DNA of 64,000 nt from Eledone cirrhosa (Eukaryota): NCBI GenBank assembly GCA_964016885.1, contig OZ024755.1, forward strand, positions 15,376,001 through 15,440,000, written 5' to 3'. Positions 23,866 to 38,844 of the stretch are shown in pieces. The notes under the pieces are model-generated. The model had not been told where the DNA came from and made no database searches. It was given only the letters and a program-made list of their open reading frames with translations. Numbering within the stretch: the first letter of the stretch is position 1; every line of letters begins with the position of its first letter. The position numbers and the translations under genes are program-made.

Positions 23866-26099
23866 TGTGTGTATGTTAGTTGTTTACCGACACCTAGTAT
23901 GCAGATTGGAGCACTCGACGAAGTACGCAGGTTGGTTGATTTACTCCGGAGTAATTAAGTCAAATATGTAAAGTTTATCTTTGTTTATTATAAATTATAG
24001 ATATACTGCTATATATATTTCGGTGAGAGCCATCATTGGTTGTAACCTCTTCAGGCAGTCCGAATTGGTGTGGGAAAGACAGGTACACATGTTGTTGAAG
24101 TGTGTTTCACTCCGTCAATACATCGATATGTCCAGCTCCTGGTTGTGGTGTTATTTCTCTGAGGAACTGGAATCATATCATTTCCAGACGAGTTTTATAT
24201 ATATATATATATGAGTATGTGTGTCTAATTAATTGAAGCAACACCCCTCTATAACCTTCCATCTATACACACAGACACACAATTGGACCCATTAATGCTA
24301 TTTTAATAATATATATCTAAATATATATCGATAGCATAGATAGGAATAAAGAATTTTATATTTTCCACCAACGCATTACTTAATTAGTTCATTATTCTGT
24401 GAATTCGTTCGTGAACGCAACCATTACTAATATTCGAAAACAATAAATATTTCTTGTAATAGTTTTATTATTAATGAACGTATTAATAACTATTTCGTTT
24501 ATGATATTATGTACGAACTCTTAAGAAAAAAATCTAAATGTTCTCCTAACACATTCCACATCATTATTTTAGCAATTTCATTTGTTTTGCAAGAAAAATT
24601 TCTGTGGCTATCTAATCACTAACATCTTTCTCACAAAAGAAAAATTATCATAATAAAGACACGAAATTTCTGTTAATTTTCTTATTTCTTCATACGACGT
24701 AATGAATTGATCTAATTTTATGTATAAAATGCGAGGGTCGACTGAAATGTTTAGAAGCTGACTAAGAATGATTGATGCTAGAGTTGTGAAAACTTGCATG
24801 CAATAATTTCGACTCTTCTTATTAATAAGTGCATTGTTTCTTTCCAGGGACTATGTTGAGAAATAAACCTCATTTGGTCAATCCATGAAAGTACCTTGGT
24901 CATCATATGAACTTATCATCACCGAGAATGTTCCAGCCTTAAATGTACCTGTGAATGTCTACGTATTCCACAGACATATGCACCTGTCTTTAAAGTAATT
25001 CCCATAGCGATGCTACATTATACATTGTATGTTTATTCCCTCTCTTCAAATTACATATACAGTCCAGCAGACGAGTTTCCAAATGATTTCCGGCTATCTA
25101 TTTTCGTTCACATCTTTTAGGTCGACAATTGCCAATGTTACCATGTTGTATGATGAGAAATGCACTTCACTACTGTGAATCAAACCTCTTAGACATTCGG
25201 CCATATTGCGTTCATTTTAGCTAAGAAAATAACACTTTAAATATAGCTTGGATGTTCGAAACGCAAGGCTTTTAACATTTCTCTTTAATTATAATTGAAA
25301 GCTGAAAATGTGCTTAACAAATACATATACTCTACAAAGTGGAATAGTATCGAATTCACTGAAAAACATCATGTTCAATGTTATGAAATTATATCAAAAT
25401 CCACACAATTTTAGACAAAATTCTTTTACATAATTTCAGCTTTTAAAACCTTTGTAAAAAATTGTTGACTAAAATAGTATTTACACGTAGGTAGTATAAA
25501 TATTCTACAACTATATCTTTTGTTTGCCTTAACAATGGTAACAACTTTGGCTTCTCGTTTAATTTGCACTAATCGATTTTTCTTCGATATCTCATAGTGA
25601 TTTGCTGGAATATATTTGGAGACATATCGATTCAGCTATACAAATTGTGTCTAATTAAAGTTTTATTCTGACAATTTCATTTGTTAAAACGTCATTAGTT
25701 GTGTGTGACGAATTGTTATAAGAGAATCGAGTTCGTCTAGTTTTGTAATTACAGTAGCATTGCTCTTAGAATTTAAATAAACAAATTTGTCACAAGATTT
25801 CAATATAAATAAAAATTATATATTGATCTTTCAAACATGACTTCATTCATCTTAAGGGAATTCGCCGTCAATAATTACTGGCGTGTAAATTTGCTATTTC
25901 TAAAGCAATCACATAATAATCACTCACTCCTGATCAGTTTTCTCCGATAAGAAAATAAATACAGCAAAAAATAATACAAATATATATTTCTTTAACTTAA
26001 TTGTTGAAGCCAGCATGGTACGATTCATCAAAATATTTTCTTTTTAAATCTATGTTTCATTATTTTTGTCTGTTATGGTCTGTCTTTTGTTCACTTGTA

Positions 26100-26420
26100 T
26101 TGGCGAAGCATGGCCGCGTGGTTAAGAATTTTTGCTTCATAATCATTACGTCCAAGGTGCGATACCGCAGCGTGAACCTTCAGTAAATGATATTTAACAG
26201 TGAATGAAAGAGGGTAGATGGAAACTGTTTGGAATCCAATCGATGACACTTTACTTATAATTCAAATGGCCAACCTTGTCACACAGTCACGTTGAATCCC
26301 ATAAAAATTACATTAATGAAACATATGTATGTGGAATGCTTAGCCACTTGCATGTTAATATGAGAGCAGTGTTGTATTGATTGAGCAAGAACAGTCATCG
26401 TCGAAACAGGAGCAGGGCAA
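26100..26420 (+). mobile_element. SINE family B, degenerate
   Basis: gcatggccgcgtggttaag head; caaatggccaaccttgtcacac...tgtggaatgcttagccacttgcatgttaat tail. Confidence 0.65.
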
Positions 26421-27936
26421 TCAATTACCTGTCATGTGTTAGAATTTTTTAAAACAACATTTCTTTAAAGGAGGAATTCTGCCCAGAGATATATCTTTAT
26501 TTATAAGCCACTTACTCCCATCAGATGCCATAGATATTTATATTGAACTATAAGCTACCTACGTACATCATTCCTGTCAGAGATAATAGGTTTAATATTG
26601 TAAGACTTCATAACAAAGTGAAGTTAACGTCATGATTTAATGAAGCGAATATAGCATCAATTTTGGAGATAGAATTTCTGCATATTGAAATAGATATGAA
26701 ATCAAGTTTCAAATTTGAAATAATAGAATATTTTCATTTAACTGAAGTTTGTCTTGGAGGGAAAATATTACAATAATTAAGACATAATAATGTTTTTGAA
26801 TACAAATCTATATTTAAAAATGCATTCCCCATCATACGTTCTATTGAAAATTTTCAATTCATAGATATAATTACTAAAAACTCAGTGATATTAAAACATT
26901 TCCTTGCCAAAGAGGGAGACGTTGACTCTTTGCATGACTAGTTACACCTTGCAGACAAGTTTTATTGAAAGCCCACAAGTCTACCATTCAGTTTTAAAAG
27001 TAGAAGTACAATATAGATAATGTATATGTGAAGAGAGTTTTGAACATAAGCTCTGTGGTTAGCTTCAAAAAAACATTACTGTTACAATGAAGATGTCTCC
27101 TTAAAAATCATAGTTTTCCGTCTTAGAAAACACAAAGTAATATTACACAATGAATATTCGAAAATAACTAGGATGGTCTTGACTCAAACCCTTTAAACCA
27201 GCAGTACGTTTCATTGAAACGTCTTTCCGATAAGGGAACTTCAACGTGGTGACGCGACCTCCTGTAATTAGCAGCAAGATTTCTCTATAAATCAAATATA
27301 GAAAATGAATGACACATTGAATACTTTATATCCTAAAATAGTTGGAACTAGTGATAGTTGGAACGTCTTTGTTCAGCAGTCTCCTTGATTTGGGCTAATC
27401 TCGGGTTAAATAACAACGACAAAAATTATTAATATTATGTCTATTTAAAATTACGTCCGTGATTTAAGTAAAACTTTGTGTGTAACGATTTCTATCGTCA
27501 GTAATTTTTAGATGCTGTGGTAGTTTGAGTAGTTACGTCAAACGGTATCAAATAATATGCTAGGGGTTCAGACTGGCAGATATTTTCATATACATTCAAT
27601 ATTGCACTGCGTCACTGACTAACTCATTTAAGTTACAAACCGTTGGCTAAATCCTTTGCTTCAAATCAGTTCGCCTACTCACTGCGATGTGTCATAGAAG
27701 ATCAACTACAATAAATGACGTGATGTAAAACTTACACTTCAAAACTTTTGATACAATGATTCAAGTAACTAGTGAACACTGTTTCTCTGCCACCATCTGA
27801 GCCTCCAATCACAAAAAAAACATATAAATGTGCGTGAGTTAATATGTATGTATTCATACATACATACATACAAAAGCACGCGCCCATATATACATGCACA
27901 TATATATGTATATACATATATCATGCACACACACTC

Positions 27937-27969
<33 letters not shown>

Positions 27970-28745
27970 GCGTGGTGTTCCCTACTTCATCATTATATAT
28001 TAAAGTAAATGAGATATGAATACTCTAAACTTAACCAAAAATAAATACGTTGTGAGTTATTAATAGATAAGTCTTATAACTATTAATAAATAGTTAATGA
28101 GTGTGTTGCTTCAATGAGGAAATTATTCAATTTATAGCTGTGCACATGTGATGAGGCGTTTGTATGTATGTTGAGGTTAGATGTGTGTACAAATGCGTAC
28201 TATTCCTATTTGTCTGATTGTGTCCTTGAAAAATATACATTATTTCACGTTGATCTCGTCTGGTGAAAATGATTTGCACCTGCATTTGAATGGACCAGTC
28301 TTTAATACTGTGTCACCCTAACTCACTTGATGGCGTACGTGTCTCTAGACTGTTCAGCACTCTTTGTTCAAATACCACCGCAGTTAACCTTGCTTTTCAT
28401 ACATTCGGAATCGATACAGTGAGTATCACTGAAAAAAACATTATCAGTGCAAAATGATCTTCTCCACCAGATAAAAATTTCCCAGACATGTCGTATTTGA
28501 CAATGCCGCCTCTACGTCACCATTAGGAATCTAGTGGAATTGGTGGATGTTTTGTAATTAGTGAGAGACAAATGAGGAACTTATTTAGCTAGGGTCAGAG
28601 TGAGGGAGATGTGCAAAGGCAGTATAGATGTATAACACTTCAAGTCAAACATTACTATCATAATACCTTGGTGAGTGTGGAAATTACCTAGCGAGGACAA
28701 GAGTAAGGAAGATAACTAGAGTATGGGTTCTATAAGGGGCTAACA

Positions 28746-28960
28746 ATGATTTCTACTATAGGTACAAGGCTAGCAATGTTGAGGGAGGAGTAAGTCCATT
28801 GAATCCACCCTAATATATTGCTGGTGCTTTATTTCATCGATCGACCCCGTAAGAATGAAAAGCAAAGCAAACCTCGGTGGGATTTGAACCCATAGCGTAA
28901 CCCATTCTATGCCACATAGCATGCTGTCCGACGCTCTATCGACACTGCCAATCCGTCGCC
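28746..28960 (-). mobile_element. SINE family A, near full length
   Basis: tttctactataggtacaaggc...gaccccgtaagaatgaaaagcaaag...gggatttgaacc...ctgccaatccgtcgcc. Confidence 0.85.
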
Positions 28961-29656
28961 CTATAAGGGTCTAATGATAATTCGAATGAAAGACTATTTC
29001 TCTGATCTGTAGAATCTAATGTTAGTTAACACAACGTTGTTTAAAAATGCATTTAACTGACGAATTTTATGTTATTATTATTGTAAAATAATTAAATTTA
29101 ATTTCACCTAATTTAATATAAATTTAGATATAATTTTAAAAGGGAGAGCGTGAGAAAAGTCAAAGTTAATAATCTGAGAGTCATCGATCTTGTGTATTCT
29201 AGGAACAAGTTGAATTATCGATTAATCATGTATTAGTACTTTCCTAAGTCAGGAGTAGATAGATATTAATTTAGTTTAAATAAAATAACCGAGGTGTCAA
29301 GCACGGAGAGGCACGACGAATCAGTCATATTTATATAGAAACCGTACACACTGTAACTCAAGCACGTGTGCTTGCATAATCATATTTTTCATCGGAAAAT
29401 AAATATTAGGCTGCTCACATATGTCGACTATATATGAATAAACACACACAAACACTGTATATATATATATCACTATCTATGTGTGTCCGCTCTGTAATGC
29501 AATGTGCAGCCGACAAACTACAGACTTGTTATTTCATTGAGCATGTGAGCTGTGACCGGTGGTCAGTAAGATAGTTTCAGTGATTTTTTGTAATTTATAT
29601 ATCATATATATATATATATATAATATATCATATATATATCATATATATCCTTATTA

Positions 29657-29799
29657 TAAGAGTCCAGAAATAGCCGTCGAAACGGCTTGAGCCATGCCGT
29701 CGGGGTTAAACTTTTTCCTATTACCCACTCTACTACCCTAAGTATTGAGTACTCTGGTGCGTTATGGTTCATCTGGTTCATTACCACACTTCCTTCGTT

Positions 29800-29802
<3 letters not shown>
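29657..29802 (+). mobile_element. 5'-truncated pseudo-LTR-like fragment with the 3' half of a hammerhead; rearranged second copy at 29901-29962
   Basis: GAAA-cggc-ttgagccat-gccg-TC-gggg at 29679-29705. 29901-29930 is an inverted copy of ~29689-29719, followed by a direct copy of the 3' end. Confidence 0.5.
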
Positions 29803-29836
<34 letters not shown>

Positions 29837-30498
29837 TCCATGTCGATTCCTCTGCGGATTTTAGTCTTCACATCTATTATTATTATTACTATATATATAT
29901 AGGAAAAAGTATGACCCCGACGACAGAGCTCATCTGGTCCCTTACCACAATTCCGTTGTTATATATATATATATATATAGCGACACAAACATAATCATTG
30001 CTCTGTATATAAACAGAATGATCTTGCCTGTATCATAGTCAAATGACATTTAATTATTTATTTAAATAAATTATTTTCAATAGGTGATTAGTCTAGGAAT
30101 TAATGGAACTCGAAAACAATTTCATTAACTATAATCATAATTTTAGTGATATGGAATTAAATATAACCACAACGTCAATTCTAAATGTTAATTGTTCCCA
30201 AGAATATAATTAGTCGCCCGATTGACGCTATATAACAGCAGAAAATGCGTGTTTTTATATATGTATGTATGTTTGTATATGTATGTATGTGTACGTATGT
30301 GTGTATGTATACATATGTCCTTAGTACCTTATTTACTGTGGTTAACCCCGATTTAACTCGGATATATATATATATACACACACATACACAGGGAGTGCAA
30401 TGTGAAGTTACTGTAGGTTCACCATGTAACCTCTCGGTGCTTGAGTTCACGTCAGTCGCTAGACAGAGTGTAATATAATAATACAAGGAGCTCTGTTG

Positions 30499-30536
<38 letters not shown>

Positions 30537-31282
30537 TTATATAAATGATTTCTACAGGATTGGGACTGTTTATACATATATATATATATCGTTGTCTGAG
30601 TGTGAATTGTAGTTACGATAGAAGGTATTATATATTTTTTATATATATATATAGTGGGTGTATGTGTGTATGTCATGCTATTTCTACAAAATAATACAAT
30701 TCAATTACTTAATCCTATTACATCTCAAGAAGACAAATTCTATCTGATATATTAGGATATCACGATTAAAATATAAAACGAATAAAAGCAACGTAATTAT
30801 ATAGCTTTTTGTATATCTCTAATTTTGTTGAAGATCCATCTAAGCAATATAATAAATTATATTATCAAACAGAGGTACACAATCATGAAATTGTTATCTC
30901 CATTTTTTTTATTAAAAAAATAAACAGAAAGAGAGAGAATATACAAAAAAAAAGAAAAATTAAATAATGACGTGATTAGGAGGGAAGAGCGGTGTTCGAA
31001 ATCTGCATCGTTTTCTAGGCAATATATTTCAGTTGTGCCCCCGAGATAACACTGCGTAAACATTCGCAAAGATAGCCGCTGTATTAAGGGACCTCTTCCT
31101 CAGACGGGATAAATTCTCCCCGAATTATGAGAGTGAAACCAGTGCGAACCAAGGACACGACATGTAACGGCAATAGAAGGAGAAGAAAACATCGGCATAA
31201 ATCCTGGTTGTGATTTAAAATATTTTGCTTTATTTTCCTTTCCTACATCACGGTAGGTGATACCCGGGTTTATATCCGAACC

Positions 31283-32533
31283 TATATATATATTATATAT
31301 AATATATATATTATAGATATATATAATATAATATATATATATTATATATATATAATATAATATATATTTATAATATAATATATATATATTATATATATAT
31401 AATATGATATATATTGATAATATAATATTTATATATTATATATATATAATATAATATATATATATATTATAATATATATATATATTATATATATATAATA
31501 TATATATATAATATAATATATATATATATTATATATATAATATATATATATTATATATATATAATATAATATATATATATATTATAATATATATATATAT
31601 TATATATATATAATATATATATATAATATAATATATATATATATTATATATATAATATATATATATATAATATAATATATAATATATATATATATAATAT
31701 AATATATATATTATATATATAATATATATATATAATATAATATATATATATATTATATATATAATATATATATATATAATATAATATATATATTATATAT
31801 ATAATATATATATATAATATAATATATATATTATATATATATATAATATATATATATATATTATATATATAATATATATATATAATATAATATATATATT
31901 ATATATATATATAATATATATATATATATTATATATATTATATATATATATAATATAATATATATATTATATATAATATATATATAATATAATATATATA
32001 TTATATATATATATAATATATATATTATATATATATATAATATATATATATATTATATATATTATATATATATATAATATAATATATATATTATATATAT
32101 ATATATAATATAATATATATATTATATATATATATAATATAATATATATATTATATATATATATATAATATAATATATATATTATATATATATATAATAT
32201 AATATATATATTATATATATATAATATAATATAAATATATATAATATAATATATATATATAATATATATATATATAATATAATATATATATATATATAAT
32301 ATAATATATATATTATATATATATAATATAATATAAATATATAATATATATATAATATAATATATATATATAATATATATATATATAATATAATATATAT
32401 ATATAATATAAAATATATATATAATATATATATATATAATATAATATATATAATATATATATATAATATATATATATATATATAATATAATATATATATA
32501 TATATATAATATAATATATATATATAATATAAT

Positions 32534-32567
<34 letters not shown>

Positions 32568-32572
32568 ATATA

Positions 32573-32619
<47 letters not shown>

Positions 32620-32865
32620 ATATATAATATAATATATATATATTATATATATATATAATATAATATATATATATATAATATAATATATAATATATATATA
32701 ATATATATATAATATATATATTATATATATATAATATAATATATATATAATATATATATAATATATATATATATATAATATATATATAATATATATATAT
32801 AATATATATATATATATAATATATAATATATATATATATAATATATATATAATATATATATATAT

Positions 32866-32896
<31 letters not shown>

Positions 32897-33282
32897 ATAT
32901 ATATATATATATTATATATATATGTATATATTATATATATATATATAATATATATATATATTATATATATATATTATATATATATTATATATATATAATA
33001 TATATATATAATATATATATAATATAATATATATATATTATATATAATATAATATATATATAATATAATATATATATATTATATATAATATAATATATAT
33101 ATAATATAATATATATATATTATATAATATATATAATATAATATATATATATTATATATAATATAATATATATATATTATATATAATATAATATATATAT
33201 ATTATATATAATATAATATATATATATTATATATAATATAATATATATATATTATATATAATATAATATATATATATTATAT

Positions 33283-33315
<33 letters not shown>

Positions 33316-33659
33316 ATATATATATATATATTATATATATATATATATATATAATATATATATATTATATATAATATAATATATATATATATAATATATA
33401 TATATTATATATAATATAATATATATATATATATTTATATATTATATATATATAAAATATATATATATAATATATATATAATATATATATTATATATAAT
33501 ATAATATATATATATTATATATAATATAATATATATATATTATATATATATTATATATAATATAATATATATATATTATATATAATATAATATATATATA
33601 TTATATATAATATAATATATATATATTATATATAATATAATATATATATATTATATATA

Positions 33660-33691
<32 letters not shown>

Positions 33692-33866
33692 ATATATATA
33701 TATATATTATATATATATATAATATATATATATTATATATAATATAATATATATATATATATTTATATATTATATATATATAAAATATATATATATAATA
33801 TATATATAATATATATATATATATATTATATATATATTATATATATATATATAATATATATATAAA

Positions 33867-33914
<48 letters not shown>

Positions 33915-34062
33915 ATATATTATATATATATAAAATATATATATATAATATATATATAAAATATATATATATATATATAACATATATATATATATTATAT
34001 ATAATATATATATAATATATATATATGTATTATATATATATATTATATATAATATATATATA

Positions 34063-34092
<30 letters not shown>
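31283..34092. repeat. ~2.8-kb almost purely A/T microsatellite array ((TA)n with TAA/TTA interruptions)
   Basis: Only a handful of G/C bases in 2.8 kb. Confidence 0.97.
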
Positions 34093-34093
<1 letters not shown>

Positions 34094-34750
34094 GTAATAA
34101 TAAATGTGAAGGCTAAAATCCGAAGAGGGCTCGATAAGGATTATATCAGAAGATCCCGCTAAGTATGGAAGCAGCGATTCTTTGCTTGAACTTTAATCTG
34201 TTCTTATAATAAATAAATAAATAAATAATATATAAATAATATGCTAATTATAAAATTGCTTCTAATTAAGGCAATTAGGGCTGTGCGAGACAATTGTATA
34301 GATCTTCAGTTATTTACAAGTTCCTTAATTATCCAATGTCGAAGGATGATAGGCAGTGTTGTCTTCTGCGGGATTTGAACTTACGAAGCAGAGTATAAGA
34401 TCAAATATCGCACAACATCTAGCTCGATGCTCTAAGAATTCTGATAATATAGTGCTTGGTCTCCTTTCTGGAGATGAAAACATTTAGTGACGAGTGGTCC
34501 TTGATGATTTAGACAAGATCTCAGTGATCAAGGCTCAATATTATTCGGCTGTCATATCGTATCTCCTGTTTCGAATAGATTAGACACCTTTACAATTATT
34601 GGAATAGAAGTTTAACAGTCGTTTTTATAGACCCATTATCTCTTACATCTAGATATATCTTTATTATCACAGGCTCTCTTGAGTCTCTCTCTACATATAT
34701 ATATATATATATATAAGTGTGTGTATGTTTGTGTGTGTGGTATTCCATGA

Positions 34751-34940
34751 TGGCGGATTGGCAGAATCGCTAGAGTGTAGGACACCATGCTTTGCAGCAT
34801 AGAGTTATGGCCCTTTGCGTTCTGAGTTCAAATCCTGTCGAAGTTACCTTTACCTTTCATCCTCACAGGGTCGATAAAATAAAGCACCAGTAATGCACAG
34901 GGATAATTGCTGGCCTTGTGCCAAAAGTAGAAACAATTAA
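34751..34940 (+). mobile_element. SINE family A, full length
   Basis: A-box tggcggattgg; B-box gagttcaaatcc; central cctttcatcct...ggtcgataaaataaag domain (resembles the Meta/MESC SINE domain, inference); tail ggccttgtgccaaaagtagaaac. Confidence 0.9.
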
Positions 34941-36871
34941 TTTCTTTCCATATGTCCATATTTCAGGTTCAGCGTTATACATAAAGAATCAGAAATAAAA
35001 ATTAACAATAAAGAATAAAACGACGGAGATGAAATAGGGTGCGAACTTATGTAACCAAATTTTGATCTCGAGAACAGACCAGTTCGGTAAAATCATACTT
35101 ATATACATATATACTCTCTCTCTCACTCACACCCACACACACACATATATATATATAGTTTGGTTGATAGATGCATTGTGAGAGAGGGAAGGAGGCGGGA
35201 GAAGATATAGGTAAATTTGAAATAAAGAAAATAAAGTGGGTGTAAGAGGTCAAATAATAGACTTGGAAACAATATCTGATTCTTGTACATACATAGTCTT
35301 TCAGCAATGACAGAACTACTTTAGATTTGTTCGTAATATCTCGCAACATCTTTCTCTTTATCCGTATCTAGATTTCAGTGTAAAATTTGTCATATACAGA
35401 TTAGTACATCATCTATAAAAGTTTCGGATTACTCTGCGATTGCAGCAGTTTTGAAGCATTATACTACTATGATTGATTTTTTAATTGTCAAAGTGATCGA
35501 TCACCTGCAATAATGCGTTTATTGGCTTTTCTTTGGGGAGAACTGATGCGAACAGTACCAAATCTAAGAAAAATACGAACAGAACTGAAACGAAGCTTTG
35601 TGATAAACAACCTAAGTCTTTTGAGATTGGAGATTGATATTCCAAACACCTGAAGCTAAATAGCATCTGTCTTGAGTAAATCACTGAATTCCTAGTTCGC
35701 TTACCATAAAATAATCAATAATGAGACAAGATACTGCACTTTCTGTAGGATTAATAAGTTTTCCTCTATATTCTCGTATACTCTCATTTTTCTTTCTGTC
35801 ATTTCATCTCATATAATATCTCCCTTTCTCTCTAAATTCTCTCACTCGTTTCCTTACATTCACAGCCATACTTTCTTGTCATTCATCTTCTATTTTTCCT
35901 TTTCTTTTTCCAGCATTTAGTTGCTCTGTCCTTCCCATGGTTCCTATGTTTCCTGTGTATTTCCCACCTCGCCATTCTAAAATGTCCTCTCAAATTGAGT
36001 TCTACATTTACTTTTGCCCATTAATAAATTTCATGGATTCGTGTCTGTTGATGTCTCAGGCTCTATATTATGCCGACCTTTTAATTTACTTCTACAATTA
36101 TCTTTTCTGTCTATTTACAGATTACACTGGTCGTCTCGTGTTCCCTGTGAAATTCTGTTCATCTGCCCACTTTCCCCATCTTATTCAATATCTTAAAAGT
36201 GATATGATGAGGTTAGCTGTAACACAGAATTTACTCTCAATCCAGTGTATAATTGCTTATAAGAATGCAAACATCAACATATTTAAGTAGATTGTAGGTT
36301 GGCCGGCTATCAAATTGGTTAGAGTAGCAGATATGTGTTTCGGTATAAGTTCGGTTTCTCTGCCCTGAGTTCAATTCCTTCCGGAATTAAATTGCATTTT
36401 ATCATTTCGTGATCGATAAAGGAAATAGCAACACATTTCTAGTGCACTGCATCCAGATCCTAGATATTCTCACAACTGTTTATTATCCAATAATAACACT
36501 AACATAAAGTAGATCGAAAACCATTACACTTAATATAAATAACAGATTTGAATACCAATTCACCCAAACTAAACATAATTAGCATTCCAGGATGGTGGGT
36601 TATTATCCACGTATACATGAGTTAGGAATAGTTAACAATCACATTATTTGCAGTTTTGATAAGCTGCGGAGGTAAAGTATAGTGAAACATATCAGTCCTT
36701 GTTCCTTGTCAACAATGATGCGGCTGGCATGTCCACAAATATACATACATACAAACATTTCTCAAGTTTCTGTATATGTATGAAGGCACCCCTCTTATAC
36801 ACTGGGGTCAATTTAATCGATTTTCCCCTCTCCCAAATTGCTGACCTTGTGCCAAATGTAGAACCAATTAC

Positions 36872-37160
36872 GTCTGGCACTCCGTTGGTAGCGACGTTGA
36901 TTTTTCCAGTTATTTGACAAATGGAACAGCCAGCTCGTGACATTAATTTGCAAGTGGCTGGGCATTACCTGGAATTTCTTGGAGAGAGTCAAACTGACAC
37001 AATGGGTACAGGCAGGTACGACTAATGTTTCTAGATTAGTGAGTTTGTGAAACGTGAAATAAAAACATTTGCTCAAGTAAAGTAGGCACTGCCTGAAATT
37101 GAACTCATGATCTGACTATCAGCGGCCGGGGAGCCTAGCCAGTAAGCCACGCTCGTTCAC
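36872..37160 (-). mobile_element. SINE family B, abutting a family A 3' fragment at 36800-36870 (+)
   Basis: ggcactccgttgg...ggaacagcc...gctcgtga...gcaagtggctg...gtgaaataaaa...aattgaactc. Confidence 0.75.
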
Positions 37161-37526
37161 AGTTGAAATAACTAATGAGCTAGAGAAACATTATGGGATT
37201 AAAGTATATATAGCTAGGTTATTAAGTACATGTACGAAATAACAACAGAATTCCCTTTTTAGTCCTACTTAGCAATACACACATGTAATGTTCATGGTCA
37301 CTGAAAATAGAATATATTGAGGATGTATTACAAACACAACAGAATGTGAATTCCCTTACAGGATCAAAGAAACAATAGTATTTACGCCAAGGATAAAAGC
37401 ATATTGATTACTTTATAATTAGAACATAACATAATACTTTTAAAATTATATATATATATATATATAAGAGAGAGAGATAGAGAGAGATTCTCCCTCTCTC
37501 TCTCATAGAGGGAGAGAGAGAGAGAG

Positions 37527-37638
37527 AGAAGTGGTTAGCGGATCCTCAGCTCGTAATGGACATTACGAGCTGAGGATCTGCTAAGGTGAAACAATTGTTT
37601 TCGGTATGGTGAACTAACTGTTGTGTAACCACTTCTAT
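37527..37638 (+). mobile_element. Family 3 hammerhead-bearing terminus with inverted 5' duplication
   Basis: Hairpin arms 37535-37558 and 37561-37584. Hammerhead core CTGAGGA (37570)...GAAAC-aatt-GTT (37588-37599). The left end agaagtggtta is the reverse complement of the right end taaccacttct. Confidence 0.7.
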
Positions 37639-37654
37639 CTAACTCGTCCCATGG

Positions 37655-37714
37655 ACGGATATTACATTCCAGTGTTCTACCACTACGGATATTACATTCC
37701 AGTGTTCTACCACT
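37655..37714. repeat. Perfect 30-bp tandem duplication
   Basis: acggatattacattccagtgttctaccact twice. Confidence 0.9.
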
Positions 37715-38628
37715 ATATAAGAGTGAATATTCAATTTGAAATGTTTTTATTCATCATCCGTCTTTGTAGTCAACATAGGCAGACTATTTCGAATTTGTGA
37801 GTAGGGTGTAATCGATTCAGATCACCCCAGTTTCTTACTAATTGATATGTTATCGAATGCCGGAGTCATACGATTACATTTGCAGGATTCGAAATCAAAC
37901 GATAAGAGGCGTATCAAAACTACTGCGTTTTATTCCTTCCGTTCCCTTGCCAATCTGCCAAAGTTTTCTTAGATCTTTTACTACTGCCAATCCTTGGCTA
38001 TTTTGATCGTCATTCTAATATTTCCTCTAATCCACCATGATTTTCCTTGATACCCAAATCAATTGCAACATTCGCTTGCCTTAAAATGTCAGAAAATATT
38101 GACTCAACATAAGGCGGGTCGGATCAATATACAATTCGATATAAACTCACCAATATTATGTTTATAATCTTATGTTTTTTTATATGCTTTACTCTCAAGA
38201 TATATCTGTAGTGGATGGTATGATAGCTTAACAATTTCTACTTTCTGGATGCAAGAATAGTCTGAAATAAGGCACAGTACTTATCCACATACATAATGTA
38301 TTACCTAGAGAAAAGAGACATTACAAACGCATTAAAATTAATGTTCGCACAAAATAATACTACGGGATACGCCATTTCCCGCAGACAGTAAAGGCAAAAT
38401 TAATTTACAGCATATCGTTTGCAAGGACAAACAGACCATACTAAGACCCTAAAAGAAATGAAGATATTTTTCAAATATAAACATTGTGAAACAGAGCTAA
38501 GCAGAACATGGGGAATTCAGATTTAATCTAAAGGTTGAAACACTTACAACAATATATAAATCACAAATTCTTACATATGATAAAATAGAAAATTTCTGGT
38601 TGCAATATTTTGACGAGTACAAAATGTG

Positions 38629-38844
38629 CTGGCAAATATAATTGTTTCTACTTTTGGCACAAGGCCAGCAATTATCCCAGTGTATTACTGGTACTTTATT
38701 TTATCGACCCCGTAAGGATGAAAGGCAAAGTTAACCTCGGCGGTATTTGAACACAGAATGGCAAGGGCCGTAACTCTATGCTGCAAAGCATGGCGTCCGA
38801 CCCTCTACCGATACTTCCAATCCAGGACCCTGGCAAATATAATT
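38629..38844 (-). mobile_element. SINE family A, full length, with a 15-bp target-site duplication
   Basis: ctggcaaatataatt at 38629-38643 and 38830-38844 flanks the complete SINE. Confidence 0.92.

Noticed and set aside
34751-34840. tRNA gene
   Set aside because: The A and B boxes belong to a SINE head and no cloverleaf can be formed.
35504-35745. Two possible minus-strand exons
   Set aside because: Weak donor, very short implied intron and no recognisable product.
38300-38620. Possible LINE RT C-terminal remnant (LSRTWG...ETLTTIYKS)
   Set aside because: Too degraded to call with confidence.
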